From the IMG/VR virus record IMGVR_UViG_3300025600_000033, positions 1 to 41,097 of that record: DNA of 41,097 nt. The stretch is one strand, 5' to 3'. Positions 1 to 8,379 of the stretch are shown here, piece by piece. This DNA comes from a virus. Taxonomy: Duplodnaviria > Caudoviricetes. Made by a program: the position numbers and the translations under genes. The stretch's first letter is position 1. The number at the start of each line of letters is the position of its first letter. Below the pieces are notes generated by a model that ran no database searches, had not been told where the DNA came from, and saw only the letters and a list, made by a program, of their open reading frames with translations.

Positions 1-55
1 CAATCAGCATCTTAATACTATTAACATAACCACAAACTAGTAAAGGAGTGAAAAC

Positions 56-286
56 ATGATTACCGATAAGTTAAACAAATCAGAGATCAAAGTTTTAGAA
101 ACTCTAAAAGAACATTTTACTGATACTGATTCTGCTACTAAAATCTCAGTCTTAGCTGATTTAACTGGACTTAGTTATTATTCCATCCGCAACATAGTGA
201 AATCTCTTTATATCTCTGGTCTCTGCTCCAAGGGCAGACGCGATGGTAATGGAGAAACGTATTATTATGTTGAACCTAAAGAATAA
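56..286 (+). CDS. Small winged-helix DNA-binding protein
   Basis: SD AAAGGAG; ISVLADLTGLSYYSIRNIVKSL helix-turn-helix followed by a wing. Confidence 0.75.
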   Translation: MITDKLNKSEIKVLETLKEHFTDTDSATKISVLADLTGLSYYSIRNIVKSLYISGLCSKGRRDGNGETYYYVEPKE

Positions 287-566
287 GGATGAAAAGGAGT
301 TGAAATTATTAATGAGAAAATTGGGTGAAATGTTAAGAGTTAGAAGCATGAAAAGTATTAAAGAGAGCAAGGAAGTTAAGAAGATAATACCAAACCGTTG
401 CATCAAGTGTAACAGTGAAAATATCATCGGGCATGGACTTGTAATTGGGATGGCTAAAATTAATCTAGATACCTTAGAAGTTGATGAATGTGGTGATGAT
501 TTTGAGATTTGTGATGAGGAGAATTTAAGGTATGAGTGTTGGGATTGTGGGAGAGAGTGGGAATAG
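243..566 (+). CDS. Zinc-ribbon protein (paralog of 794-1042); start uncertain
   Basis: CIKC...CWDC; C-terminal ~57 aa align with 794-1042. Confidence 0.7.
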   Translation: MVMEKRIIMLNLKNKDEKELKLLMRKLGEMLRVRSMKSIKESKEVKKIIPNRCIKCNSENIIGHGLVIGMAKINLDTLEVDECGDDFEICDEENLRYECWDCGREWE

Positions 567-569
567 ATT

Positions 570-770
570 ATGAAGAATGTAGCTGACGGATGGAATTACA
601 TTGAAACGTGTTTTGTCTTATGGAAATGCAAAAATTGTAATTATCATTTTGCAGTAGCAGAAAACAATGTTTGTAAAGGAGAAAAGGTCAAATGTCCAGT
701 TTGTAGTTGGGAAGTTGGGTATGAAGATAAGGTAGAGGAATTTGATGTGGTTATTGACTTTTATGGTTAG
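570..770 (+). CDS. Small zinc-ribbon protein
   Basis: CKNC...CPVC; tightly packed in operon. Confidence 0.7.
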   Translation: MKNVADGWNYIETCFVLWKCKNCNYHFAVAENNVCKGEKVKCPVCSWEVGYEDKVEEFDVVIDFYG

Positions 771-793
771 ATTAAATTTGAGGAGTGTGAGAT

Positions 794-1042
794 ATGAGAA
801 AACCTTTTGATATGTTATACCTCCGAAATAAGTCTAGAGCTAAAGGGAGTAAAGTTAAGATTATACATCCCACTCAATGCAAATGTGGTTCTGCAAATAT
901 TTTAGGAAGAGGTATGGTGTGCGGTTTGGCGTATGTTAATTTGGAGGATTTCAGTGTTGATGAGTTGGGCGATGAGTTTGAAGTTATGGATAGTGAAAAT
1001 TTATTCTATGAGTGTTCTGATTGTGGAAGGGTTTGGGAGTAA
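794..1042 (+). CDS. Zinc-ribbon protein (paralog of 243-566)
   Basis: SD GAGGAG; CKC...CSDC. Confidence 0.75.
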   Translation: MRKPFDMLYLRNKSRAKGSKVKIIHPTQCKCGSANILGRGMVCGLAYVNLEDFSVDELGDEFEVMDSENLFYECSDCGRVWE

Positions 1043-1065
1043 TTAAATTTGAGGAGGATGAAATT

Positions 1066-1170
1066 ATGAGTTTAGTACAATTATTTATTCTTAGAGTTGT
1101 TTTATATTCAGTTGGAATTATCATTGTTACCCAAGCAGTACGATATGTATATAGAAAGGAGGTGAGATAA
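1066..1170 (+). CDS. 34-aa single-TM peptide MSLVQLFILRVVLYSVGIIIVTQAVRYVYRKEVR
   Basis: Below ORF-track cutoff; SD GAGGAGG; hydrophobic core with basic tail. Confidence 0.7.
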   Translation: MSLVQLFILRVVLYSVGIIIVTQAVRYVYRKEVR

Positions 1171-1277
1171 TGCACATTTTTATGAATGCTCTTAATATAG
1201 TATCTTATATTCTTATGAGTATGATCATTATTCAGATTGGAAGAATTGGAGTTAAATTCTTTAGTAAACAAGCATAA
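1170..1277 (+). CDS. 35-aa single-TM peptide MHIFMNALNIVSYILMSMIIIQIGRIGVKFFSKQA
   Basis: Strong SD AAGGAGGTGA; TAATG overlap with the previous ORF. Confidence 0.7.
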   Translation: MHIFMNALNIVSYILMSMIIIQIGRIGVKFFSKQA

Positions 1278-1302
1278 ATCAAATAGTTAATAATAATGGT
1301 TT

Positions 1303-1331
1303 AAATATAACTCGAAAGGGTTATATTTTTT
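1303..1331 (+). terminator. Intrinsic terminator
   Basis: aaatataactc-GAAA-gggttatattt followed by T-run. Confidence 0.75.
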
Positions 1332-1465
1332 GTGCATATACTCTTATACAAAAACTCATACTCACTAGAACGCTCTGTGTTGAACGCAAAAAGAAAGGGT
1401 AACACATTGTGATACCCTAATATTTCTAATTCCTTAAAGGTACTGTTCTGTGGGAGTAATACCGT

Positions 1466-2089
1466 CTATTCATCATTTTTCTTTACCATTTCAAACTCTT
1501 CTTCACAATCACTACATAAGATATTGACTTCAGATGAAGTCTTAACTAAAATTCCACAACTAGGACATTTATACTTTATTGTCTTGCATTTAGCTTTCCC
1601 TGTTCCTACTTTAGCAGAAATACTTTCTCTAGCAATATGGAAACACTCTCTGTTTATCTCTTGCTTACTCAACCATTCAATCATCTCATCACCTAATGAG
1701 GTATATGCATGACCAACTTTTTTATCGTGAGTGACTAGCAATCCTGCTTTGATTGCTGAATCCCTAAACAGTTTGTTGTGATAACAATTATTGCGAGAAG
1801 TGTCTTTAATTCCTTTATACATATTATCTAGATGAATCATTTCATGGAGTATAGTATCAACAATTTCCTTTAATGGACTATCGGTATATTCTGCACAAAT
1901 ATTAATCTCATACTGATTATCCTTTTCTTCTTCTCCTTTCCATACTTTAGATAAAGTACACCATCCCATAGCTGATAATTTACCTTTAGATTGGATTGTG
2001 ATAATTGGTTGTTTAAGTGAATTATTAAATGTCTTTTCATTGAGTAAAGAGAAGATATGATAGACTTCATTAACTTGTTGTCTGTACAT
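1466..2089 (-). CDS. SprT-like zinc metalloprotease with C-terminal zinc ribbon
   Basis: HEMIH (HExxH) plus downstream YHNKLF; CPSC...CSDC. Confidence 0.85.
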   Translation of the reverse strand: MYRQQVNEVYHIFSLLNEKTFNNSLKQPIITIQSKGKLSAMGWCTLSKVWKGEEEKDNQYEINICAEYTDSPLKEIVDTILHEMIHLDNMYKGIKDTSRNNCYHNKLFRDSAIKAGLLVTHDKKVGHAYTSLGDEMIEWLSKQEINRECFHIARESISAKVGTGKAKCKTIKYKCPSCGILVKTSSEVNILCSDCEEEFEMVKKNDE

Positions 2090-2107
2090 TTATCTCACCT
2101 CAATCTT

Positions 2108-2821
2108 TTATAATGCAAATACCAATACTTTAGCTACCAATAGCAGTCCACCTAATAGCATTGATCCACCAAGAACTTGTGCTTTAGTTTCTGTTGGTAT
2201 CTCTGGAGCTTTCGCTTCTGGTACTGGTATTAACGACTTTACTTCTGGTATTTCAGGCACAGGAGGATTAATAATAGAATCTACATCAACTTCAGTTACC
2301 AAATGATCACCAATGCTTTTTGCAAAATCCTCAAAGTTTTTATTTTCTCTAAAATGTCTACCTACCTCAACTTTTACTTCATCTGTTACTCCATTACTAG
2401 TAATCGTGCGTTTGTAAGTGAAAACATCCTTATCATACTGTCCTGTAGTAGTTGCACCTTTAATCTTATTTTTAAGAAACTGTCCAAACTTACTATTTGA
2501 TAATGTTCTGGCATCCATTGTCCTTGGTATTCCAATTGCTACTTGCTTACCTTTTGCAACCTTATCCCAAGTGGCAAGTGTGGCATAACCCATAGCAGGA
2601 TCTTTTTCTGACCAGAACATTCCATTTAATAATATTGGATTATTTTGAGGGGTAGGATACAGATAAAAAATAGAAGGAGTGGACGATAATGGTATCATAG
2701 GGGTTATGGCATTTGCTTTGAAGGGATTTACTAAGGATGCTCCTGCAAGTATCATTACAACTGCTAAAGCTAAAGTCCTACGAATGGAACTTTTCTTCAA
2801 GACTATCATTCTTAATTTCAT
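2108..2821 (-). CDS. Exported protein with C-terminal membrane anchor
   Basis: Signal-peptide-like N-terminus (...ANA), Pro/Glu-rich linker, hydrophobic C-terminus. Confidence 0.7.
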   Translation of the reverse strand: MKLRMIVLKKSSIRRTLALAVVMILAGASLVNPFKANAITPMIPLSSTPSIFYLYPTPQNNPILLNGMFWSEKDPAMGYATLATWDKVAKGKQVAIGIPRTMDARTLSNSKFGQFLKNKIKGATTTGQYDKDVFTYKRTITSNGVTDEVKVEVGRHFRENKNFEDFAKSIGDHLVTEVDVDSIINPPVPEIPEVKSLIPVPEAKAPEIPTETKAQVLGGSMLLGGLLLVAKVLVFAL

Positions 2822-3054
2822 ACTATTACCCCTTTCTTTTCTAGGAATAAAAACTCTGCATCTAAAACCTCAATAATATCTTCACGAGATAATGCTGTTT
2901 CCCATGCAACAAAATCAATTAAATCCTGTTCATCAATTTCAGGTATTTCTTTAGGGTTCACAAGTAACCATCTTCTATATTCTCTCTCACTGAGCCAATG
3001 AGTTCTTGAATGTTTTGTAATAAACTTACGAAATAACTCTTTAGGATTGACCAT
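2818..3054 (-). CDS. Hypothetical protein (start MVNPKELF)
   Basis: SD AAGGGGG; start overlaps stop of 3054-3203. Confidence 0.65.
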   Translation of the reverse strand: MVNPKELFRKFITKHSRTHWLSEREYRRWLLVNPKEIPEIDEQDLIDFVAWETALSREDIIEVLDAEFLFLEKKGVIV

Positions 3055-3203
3055 TATTGAACCCCCTTTATTTGAGTTAGGATCATCCATGCACCCGGAA
3101 TGATTTGTTGAACAGCAATATAGGCAGAATCAAGAGTTTCCCTTCTAATAACCAATGGATAAATCTTACTTGCAGTTATTGCAGTAATCATGAAAAATGG
3201 CAT
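3054..3203 (-). CDS. 49-aa hypothetical protein MPFFMITAITASKIYPLVIRRE...
   Basis: SD AGGAGTGA; fills the operon gap; not in ORF track. Confidence 0.6.
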   Translation of the reverse strand: MPFFMITAITASKIYPLVIRRETLDSAYIAVQQIIPGAWMILTQIKGVQ

Positions 3204-3215
3204 AATTAATCACTC

Positions 3216-3410
3216 CTATTCCCAATTATTATCACAAATGGACAATTCAATATCTAATTTTCTCTTGCATTTACTGCAAATTACTTCAATTTCAAATGTC
3301 TTACCTATTACTTCATTAGAATTTCCTTTGTAAACTACGTCACTAGTCATCGTAGATGATTTCATAAATGCAATATTGTTCCCACATAAACATTCTAGTA
3401 ATTGAGCCAA
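3216..3410 (-). CDS. Small zinc-ribbon protein
   Basis: CLC...CSKC; SD AAGGAG, TTG start. Confidence 0.65.
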   Translation of the reverse strand: MAQLLECLCGNNIAFMKSSTMTSDVVYKGNSNEVIGKTFEIEVICSKCKRKLDIELSICDNNWE

Positions 3411-3425
3411 ATTAATTCACTCCTT

Positions 3426-4067
3426 TTATTTTACATAATCCTGTGGATTTACACATTTCCCATTAACTCGAATCTCAAAGTGGAGGTGTGGGCCAGTGCT
3501 GTTCCCTGTTGACCCACAAGTCCCGATAAGTGTTCCTGCAACGATTGGATATCCAACTTTCACATTCAAGCCTTGGAGATGACCATATACAGTCTCTACC
3601 CCACCACCATGATTAACAATAACCATATTCCCATATATATCATCCCAAGCAACCTTAGATACTTCTCCTTTCCCTGCTGATTTTACAGGTTCTCCCAATG
3701 TTCCTGCTATATCTAATCCATGATGGTCTTTCCCACCTCCTGCTATATCAAAACTTTTACTTATTTGACCTTTCATTGGCATTACCCACGAACCTTTGAT
3801 AATACTAATAGCCGTACTTCCTACTGAAAGAGGATTTTCAATTACATTATCAACTTTTTCCTTAGTTTCAGTATATTTTGCTACTGCCAAATGAATATCG
3901 TTTGCAAATTGTTTTACAGGAGTCATTACAGAGGATAAAACCATTAATGCTAAACTCACAACTGCTAAATACTTGATAGCCATTGCAAATTCTTTACCTG
4001 ATGTCTGTCGAACATAAATATAAACTGCTAAGTACAGAGCACTTAAACGTACAAGATCGGCAATCAC
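3426..4067 (-). CDS. M23 metallopeptidase with N-terminal two-TM segment (SpoIIIAC/AD-like)
   Basis: HHGLD (HxxxD), YGHL, GSTGNSTGPHLHFE motifs; two N-terminal hydrophobic helices. Confidence 0.9.
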   Translation of the reverse strand: MIADLVRLSALYLAVYIYVRQTSGKEFAMAIKYLAVVSLALMVLSSVMTPVKQFANDIHLAVAKYTETKEKVDNVIENPLSVGSTAISIIKGSWVMPMKGQISKSFDIAGGGKDHHGLDIAGTLGEPVKSAGKGEVSKVAWDDIYGNMVIVNHGGGVETVYGHLQGLNVKVGYPIVAGTLIGTCGSTGNSTGPHLHFEIRVNGKCVNPQDYVK

Positions 4068-4270
4068 TTGAATACTTCCGTTACTTTAGCTAAAAACCCT
4101 AGTGAAGCAGTAAGTACTAGCATAATTACCGAAATTAAACCTAGAGTATCTGCATAGTAAGCCCATTCACTTTTACCAAATATTTTAAGTCCCATTTTAA
4201 CAACCTGTAATCCAACTGCAATTCCTAAGATTGAGAGGATGGGGGTAGCTGCTTGAATTCCGGGGAACAT
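4064..4270 (-). CDS. Two-TM membrane protein resembling SpoIIIAC
   Basis: 68 aa; ILSILGIAVG...GKSEWAYYADTLGLI...KVTEVF matches the SpoIIIAC pattern as recalled; SD AAGGAGGAG. Confidence 0.6.
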   Translation of the reverse strand: MFPGIQAATPILSILGIAVGLQVVKMGLKIFGKSEWAYYADTLGLISVIMLVLTASLGFLAKVTEVFK

Positions 4271-4992
4271 AAAAACTCCTCCTTTTTTGCTAAATGACGT
4301 TTTAAACAAAATCTTTTAATCTCATCCAATGTTTTAAGCTCTACTGAATAAGGGAATGCTTTATCCTTATTGATTATCTTCTGAATCTTGTTTTTTGCGG
4401 TATCACCTCCATCAGTTACTATTAAAACAACAAAAGTTTGATTTTTGGACAAGTCTATCCACCAATAAGTAGAGAGACCTTTCTGCCTGTCTTTAATGAG
4501 TTTTTCAGCTAAATCATTATATTGTTTGATTTTCTTAAATTCATTTCCTGATTCATACCTAGTAAATTCATTAAAATAAATTCTTTTCTCGCTAGAAGTA
4601 TCAAATGTCATAAATTGATCTGGTTTTACAATAGGAAGAAATTGTGTAGGTTCATTTTCAAAGGTTAAACTTGTATAATTACTTGCTCTTGAGTTAAGAA
4701 TAATAAATGTGTAAACCCATGACTTTCCTAAAGTATGTTCAATATTTTTAGGTTTTTTCTCATCAAAAAGCCAAAAGAAGTCTTTTTCAAGGAATGAAAT
4801 TCTATCACCTCTCCTAATGCGGTGTCTTTTTTCTAATCTCCTACAACAACGATGAGCCATTTCAATAGAGAGTCCTTGAAATTCAAGCAAATGGATTTGA
4901 GTTGTGTTCAAGCAATTGCAACGTTCTAGATGTACTAGAACTCTTAAATCTCGGTAATAACCCTTTGTATGACTTGTTTGATTCATACTCAT
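4225..4992 (-). CDS. Replication-relaxation (Replic_Relax) family protein
   Basis: N-terminal wHTH, EHTL, KPD...E...KIKQY pattern; overlaps the FtsK gene. Confidence 0.75.
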   Translation of the reverse strand: MSMNQTSHTKGYYRDLRVLVHLERCNCLNTTQIHLLEFQGLSIEMAHRCCRRLEKRHRIRRGDRISFLEKDFFWLFDEKKPKNIEHTLGKSWVYTFIILNSRASNYTSLTFENEPTQFLPIVKPDQFMTFDTSSEKRIYFNEFTRYESGNEFKKIKQYNDLAEKLIKDRQKGLSTYWWIDLSKNQTFVVLIVTDGGDTAKNKIQKIINKDKAFPYSVELKTLDEIKRFCLKRHLAKKEEFLCSPEFKQLPPSSQS

Positions 4993-6256
4993 GCACCTCT
5001 CCTTGAACATTGTCATAACGCATAGGATATTGAATTAATTTTGAGAGCAATTCTTCATATCTATCTGGGTCTGATACTATAGAAGGAAAATACATTGATT
5101 GGACTTCTATTTCTTCATCCCAATCAAATATTGCACGACCTTTTGCCTTCTTAGGAATAAAAGCTGCTTTTGAATTTCCTAAGACCATATTAGAGTTTGT
5201 TGGATCTTTCACACGGTATACGAGGTTGCCGTCAAACATAGCTTTCAGTTCACTGAATTTGCCTATTTTTCCAAGACTCTCTGCACTTGGTCTTTGAATC
5301 GCACCAATACTAAAAATACCTTGTGAACGTCCTTGATGTAGTAAACGGTTAAAAGATTTATATGCAGGGGCAGTAAATTCAGCCATCTCATCACAAATAA
5401 CTACAATTGAAGGCATTCTATTACCTGCTTTTAGAAACTCTGGGAAATTTCTAGCTCCTGTTCTACTAACTATTGGTGCTCTTCTGTCGTTTTCGTCATT
5501 AACTTGTTCTAATAATCGTTCAATGTGTTGAGCATCTTTTGCCCACATAGCACCATATTGTTCAAAATATTCAAATTCTCCTAGTTTTGGATCGCATATT
5601 ACAGGAATTACAGCAGGTTCTTTATCCATTCCTTTTATACTGTTTAGAAGTAGCATTGTGTAAATAGCAGTATGACTGAAATTACTTTTACCACTACCCA
5701 TCATCCCGCAAAGAAGAAGTGTAAGAATTTCAGCTAAATCCTTGACAATTAAACCGTTAATTGAATATCCGAAAGGAATAGGAATTATCATACCCTTTGC
5801 TAGATATGGAGTAGGGTCGAAATTATAAGGGTATATTCTCGTTCTGTTTACATTTGAAACAGTCATATGAACAGCCATACCATTTTGCTCAATCTGACAA
5901 TTGCCTGTTTCCCCTAATGCATCTGCAAAAGTTTGTTCTAGTTTTTTAAAATTTTCAAAGTTTAATCCAGCAGGGAGATTAATTACAAAAAACCAAGTTT
6001 CGTTATAATGGTCATCTAAACTTTTAATTCTTTTGATTATGTCTTTGATTCCTTTTGGTCTGCCTAATTTAACTTCCTCAATAATATCTTCCTCTCTTGC
6101 TTTTACGAGATGTCTTTTAATAATTATTGGTCGATAATCTTCCTTATAATGAAACACAATTACATCATAGATTTTTGCAGGAATTCCTCCTCCACGTTCT
6201 CTTCCTTTCTTCCATTGCTTGATTGCTAGATCATAGATATCGTTTTTCTCTGACAT
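4883..6256 (-). CDS. FtsK/SpoIIIE-family ATPase
   Basis: Walker A GMMGSGKS, DPK, Walker B VVICDE, GRSQG, QRP motifs. Confidence 0.92.
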   Translation of the reverse strand: MSEKNDIYDLAIKQWKKGRERGGGIPAKIYDVIVFHYKEDYRPIIIKRHLVKAREEDIIEEVKLGRPKGIKDIIKRIKSLDDHYNETWFFVINLPAGLNFENFKKLEQTFADALGETGNCQIEQNGMAVHMTVSNVNRTRIYPYNFDPTPYLAKGMIIPIPFGYSINGLIVKDLAEILTLLLCGMMGSGKSNFSHTAIYTMLLLNSIKGMDKEPAVIPVICDPKLGEFEYFEQYGAMWAKDAQHIERLLEQVNDENDRRAPIVSRTGARNFPEFLKAGNRMPSIVVICDEMAEFTAPAYKSFNRLLHQGRSQGIFSIGAIQRPSAESLGKIGKFSELKAMFDGNLVYRVKDPTNSNMVLGNSKAAFIPKKAKGRAIFDWDEEIEVQSMYFPSIVSDPDRYEELLSKLIQYPMRYDNVQGEVHEYESNKSYKGLLPRFKSSSTSRTLQLLEHNSNPFA

Positions 6257-6516
6257 AGTAAATCACCTCTTTTTAATGATTTTTGATAGAGTAACAAAGG
6301 TGTGTATATACGTTTGACGTTTTGTTATCTATCCCGTTTGCCTATGCAAACGCTGAACGAGCTAAAAACCTTATGTGGCAAGGGGTATAGATTCAAAGAA
6401 GAGAAGGAGGAACGAAGTGACAACTGATACTGAATAATATGAAATGGGACATTGGATGATTACAGATTGACAAATGGTAATATTATGCTTGTGATAAAGT
6501 GGACAAGAATAAAAAA

Positions 6517-6568
6517 ATAAGGCAACTCCAAAATATCCCAATAAATAGGATAAATGAAATTGCCTTAT
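6517..6568 (-). terminator. Probable terminator after small ORF 6603-6689
   Basis: ataaggcaa/ttgccttat stem with T-run on the minus strand. Confidence 0.5.
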
Positions 6569-6602
6569 AATAATTTTAAAATGAAGCTATTGTTGTTGTT
6601 GT

Positions 6603-6689
6603 TTATTGAATTAAGTGAGTTAAGGTTGAGACACATGCAATTACTAATGACGATCCTGATATAAGAAATAATGCTCCTATTAACATCAT
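6603..6689 (-). CDS. 28-aa hydrophobic peptide MMLIGALFLISGSSLVIACVSTLTHLIQ
   Basis: SD AGGAG; followed by a terminator-like hairpin. Confidence 0.55.
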   Translation of the reverse strand: MMLIGALFLISGSSLVIACVSTLTHLIQ

Positions 6690-6787
6690 AATTATTCAAC
6701 TCCTATAAATTGATTATTGACTATGATATTAATCTGTCCAATGATTTGAGGAATATACTATATAAAAGGAAAATGTTTTTGATGTTT

Positions 6788-6834
6788 ATAAAATGAAATA
6801 AGGACAATGAAAAGTAACCCTTATTTCATTTTAT
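6788..6834. repeat. Perfect 16-bp inverted repeat, 15-bp spacer
   Basis: ataaaatgaaataagg / ccttatttcattttat. Confidence 0.85.
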
Positions 6835-6944
6835 TATCAAGTTTTTGGTCTATTTATTATCTTTTCTGGATAGACTGTGATAAAGTAGGATATAAATCAG
6901 CTATTTCGTTGGCATTTTAAAGGCATTTGAAGGGAGTTTTTGAT

Positions 6945-8318
6945 ATGGGAAAGATTTTGAATTGGTCTACTGAAGAAAAAAGCGAAGCAGAACTGAAGGA
7001 GTTAATGAGAACTAAAAACATGAGAGATACAAATAAAATTGCTAGGGGTGAAATGGTGGATAATAATGAAGACGATATGATACAAAAAGAAATGGAAAGT
7101 TCTGATGGATGGGAGGATAAGAAGGTTGGAGATTCTGATCCAAAAGGATTTGATAAGGAAGATCAGGAAATACAAGATGAGAAGAATGAGAAACAGTCAT
7201 TAAAAGAAGCTAGAAAATTAAAAAGAGATATGAAAAATAGATTGAAAGAATTAAATGGTTCAGACGATAAATCTTTTGAATTTGATGATGTTCTGGTTAC
7301 AATGCGAGATGGTATTCCGAAAAAATTTCATCTATCATTATCAATAACTCAATTGGCAGAATTGTACATTTCAGGGAGAATAGTCTACAAAAGTTCTGAG
7401 CAAAGAGGATTAAAACACACCAAATCCAAAGGGGATATGCCTCTAATTAATATCAAGCACACGAAAGAAATTCTAAACGCACTAATGTCATCTTCTTCTG
7501 TTAATGGAGGTTGCATTTATCTAAATTATTCAAAAAATAATGAGGATGAATTGATTTATGACTATGACTCTAATACTTTATCTGGAAACTCTCCATTATC
7601 TGTCCTCGATGGGGCTCATAGATTGGAAGCAATGGTGATGATGTACCATTTATTTACAAAATCAAAAGATCCTTCTGCAATGAAAAATCCAAATGATTTC
7701 TTTTTCCCTGTAACAATCGAAAATGCAACGGATATGGAGTCAAAAAATATCTTTGTTGAGTTGAATTCTTATAGTCTTCCCATATCCAAAACAAGAATTG
7801 CATTTCATGATGTTTATAATTTGGATAATGTAATTGCATTAAAGGTAATGAACGAATCTTCCCTTCGCAATAAAATTGAGGTAATTTCTAATTCGATCCG
7901 TAAATCAAGTAGTTGCGTAATGACGTTTAGCAGTTTATCTAAAGGATGTTCTTTATTTTCTCCTATGACAAAAGGTGACGCTGAGAAAATTGCCATATAT
8001 CTTTGTGATTTCTGGGATAGTATTGTAGAATTGTTTCCTAAAATATATGGCAACGTCACTCCAGAAATCAAACAAGAAGAAAAAACGAAAACATTTGTTG
8101 GCGAGGTAATGTTCATTAATGCACTGTTTAGTCTAGCTGTTAATTTACGAGATGTAGAAGATTGGAAAAGTAAATTAATTAAATTAACTCAAGAAAACTT
8201 CCTATCAAAAAACAATACCACATGGGACTTCTGCCTCAGAGAAGGAAATAAGCTGATAAATTCTTCAAAAGTTCAAAAGACGATTTCTGAAATATTTATT
8301 AAAAAAGTAATCGGCTAA
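6945..8318 (+). CDS. DGQHR/DndB-like (ParB/Srx-fold) protein with acidic N-terminal extension
   Basis: EQRG and LSVLDGAHRLEA motifs, downstream F.ELN; SD AAGGGAG. Confidence 0.75.
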   Translation: MGKILNWSTEEKSEAELKELMRTKNMRDTNKIARGEMVDNNEDDMIQKEMESSDGWEDKKVGDSDPKGFDKEDQEIQDEKNEKQSLKEARKLKRDMKNRLKELNGSDDKSFEFDDVLVTMRDGIPKKFHLSLSITQLAELYISGRIVYKSSEQRGLKHTKSKGDMPLINIKHTKEILNALMSSSSVNGGCIYLNYSKNNEDELIYDYDSNTLSGNSPLSVLDGAHRLEAMVMMYHLFTKSKDPSAMKNPNDFFFPVTIENATDMESKNIFVELNSYSLPISKTRIAFHDVYNLDNVIALKVMNESSLRNKIEVISNSIRKSSSCVMTFSSLSKGCSLFSPMTKGDAEKIAIYLCDFWDSIVELFPKIYGNVTPEIKQEEKTKTFVGEVMFINALFSLAVNLRDVEDWKSKLIKLTQENFLSKNNTTWDFCLREGNKLINSSKVQKTISEIFIKKVIG

Positions 8319-8334
8319 AACTGAAAATGCAAAA

Positions 8335-8368
8335 AATAGGACATCTACAATTAAGTAGATGTCCTATT
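8335..8368. terminator. Bidirectional terminator between convergent genes
   Basis: aataggacatctac/gtagatgtcctatt perfect 14-bp stem. Confidence 0.85.
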
Positions 8369-8379
8369 AAGATTATATA

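Noticed and set aside
6945-8318. Complete Dnd phosphorothioation system
   Set aside because: No dndA/C/D/E-like genes in the window
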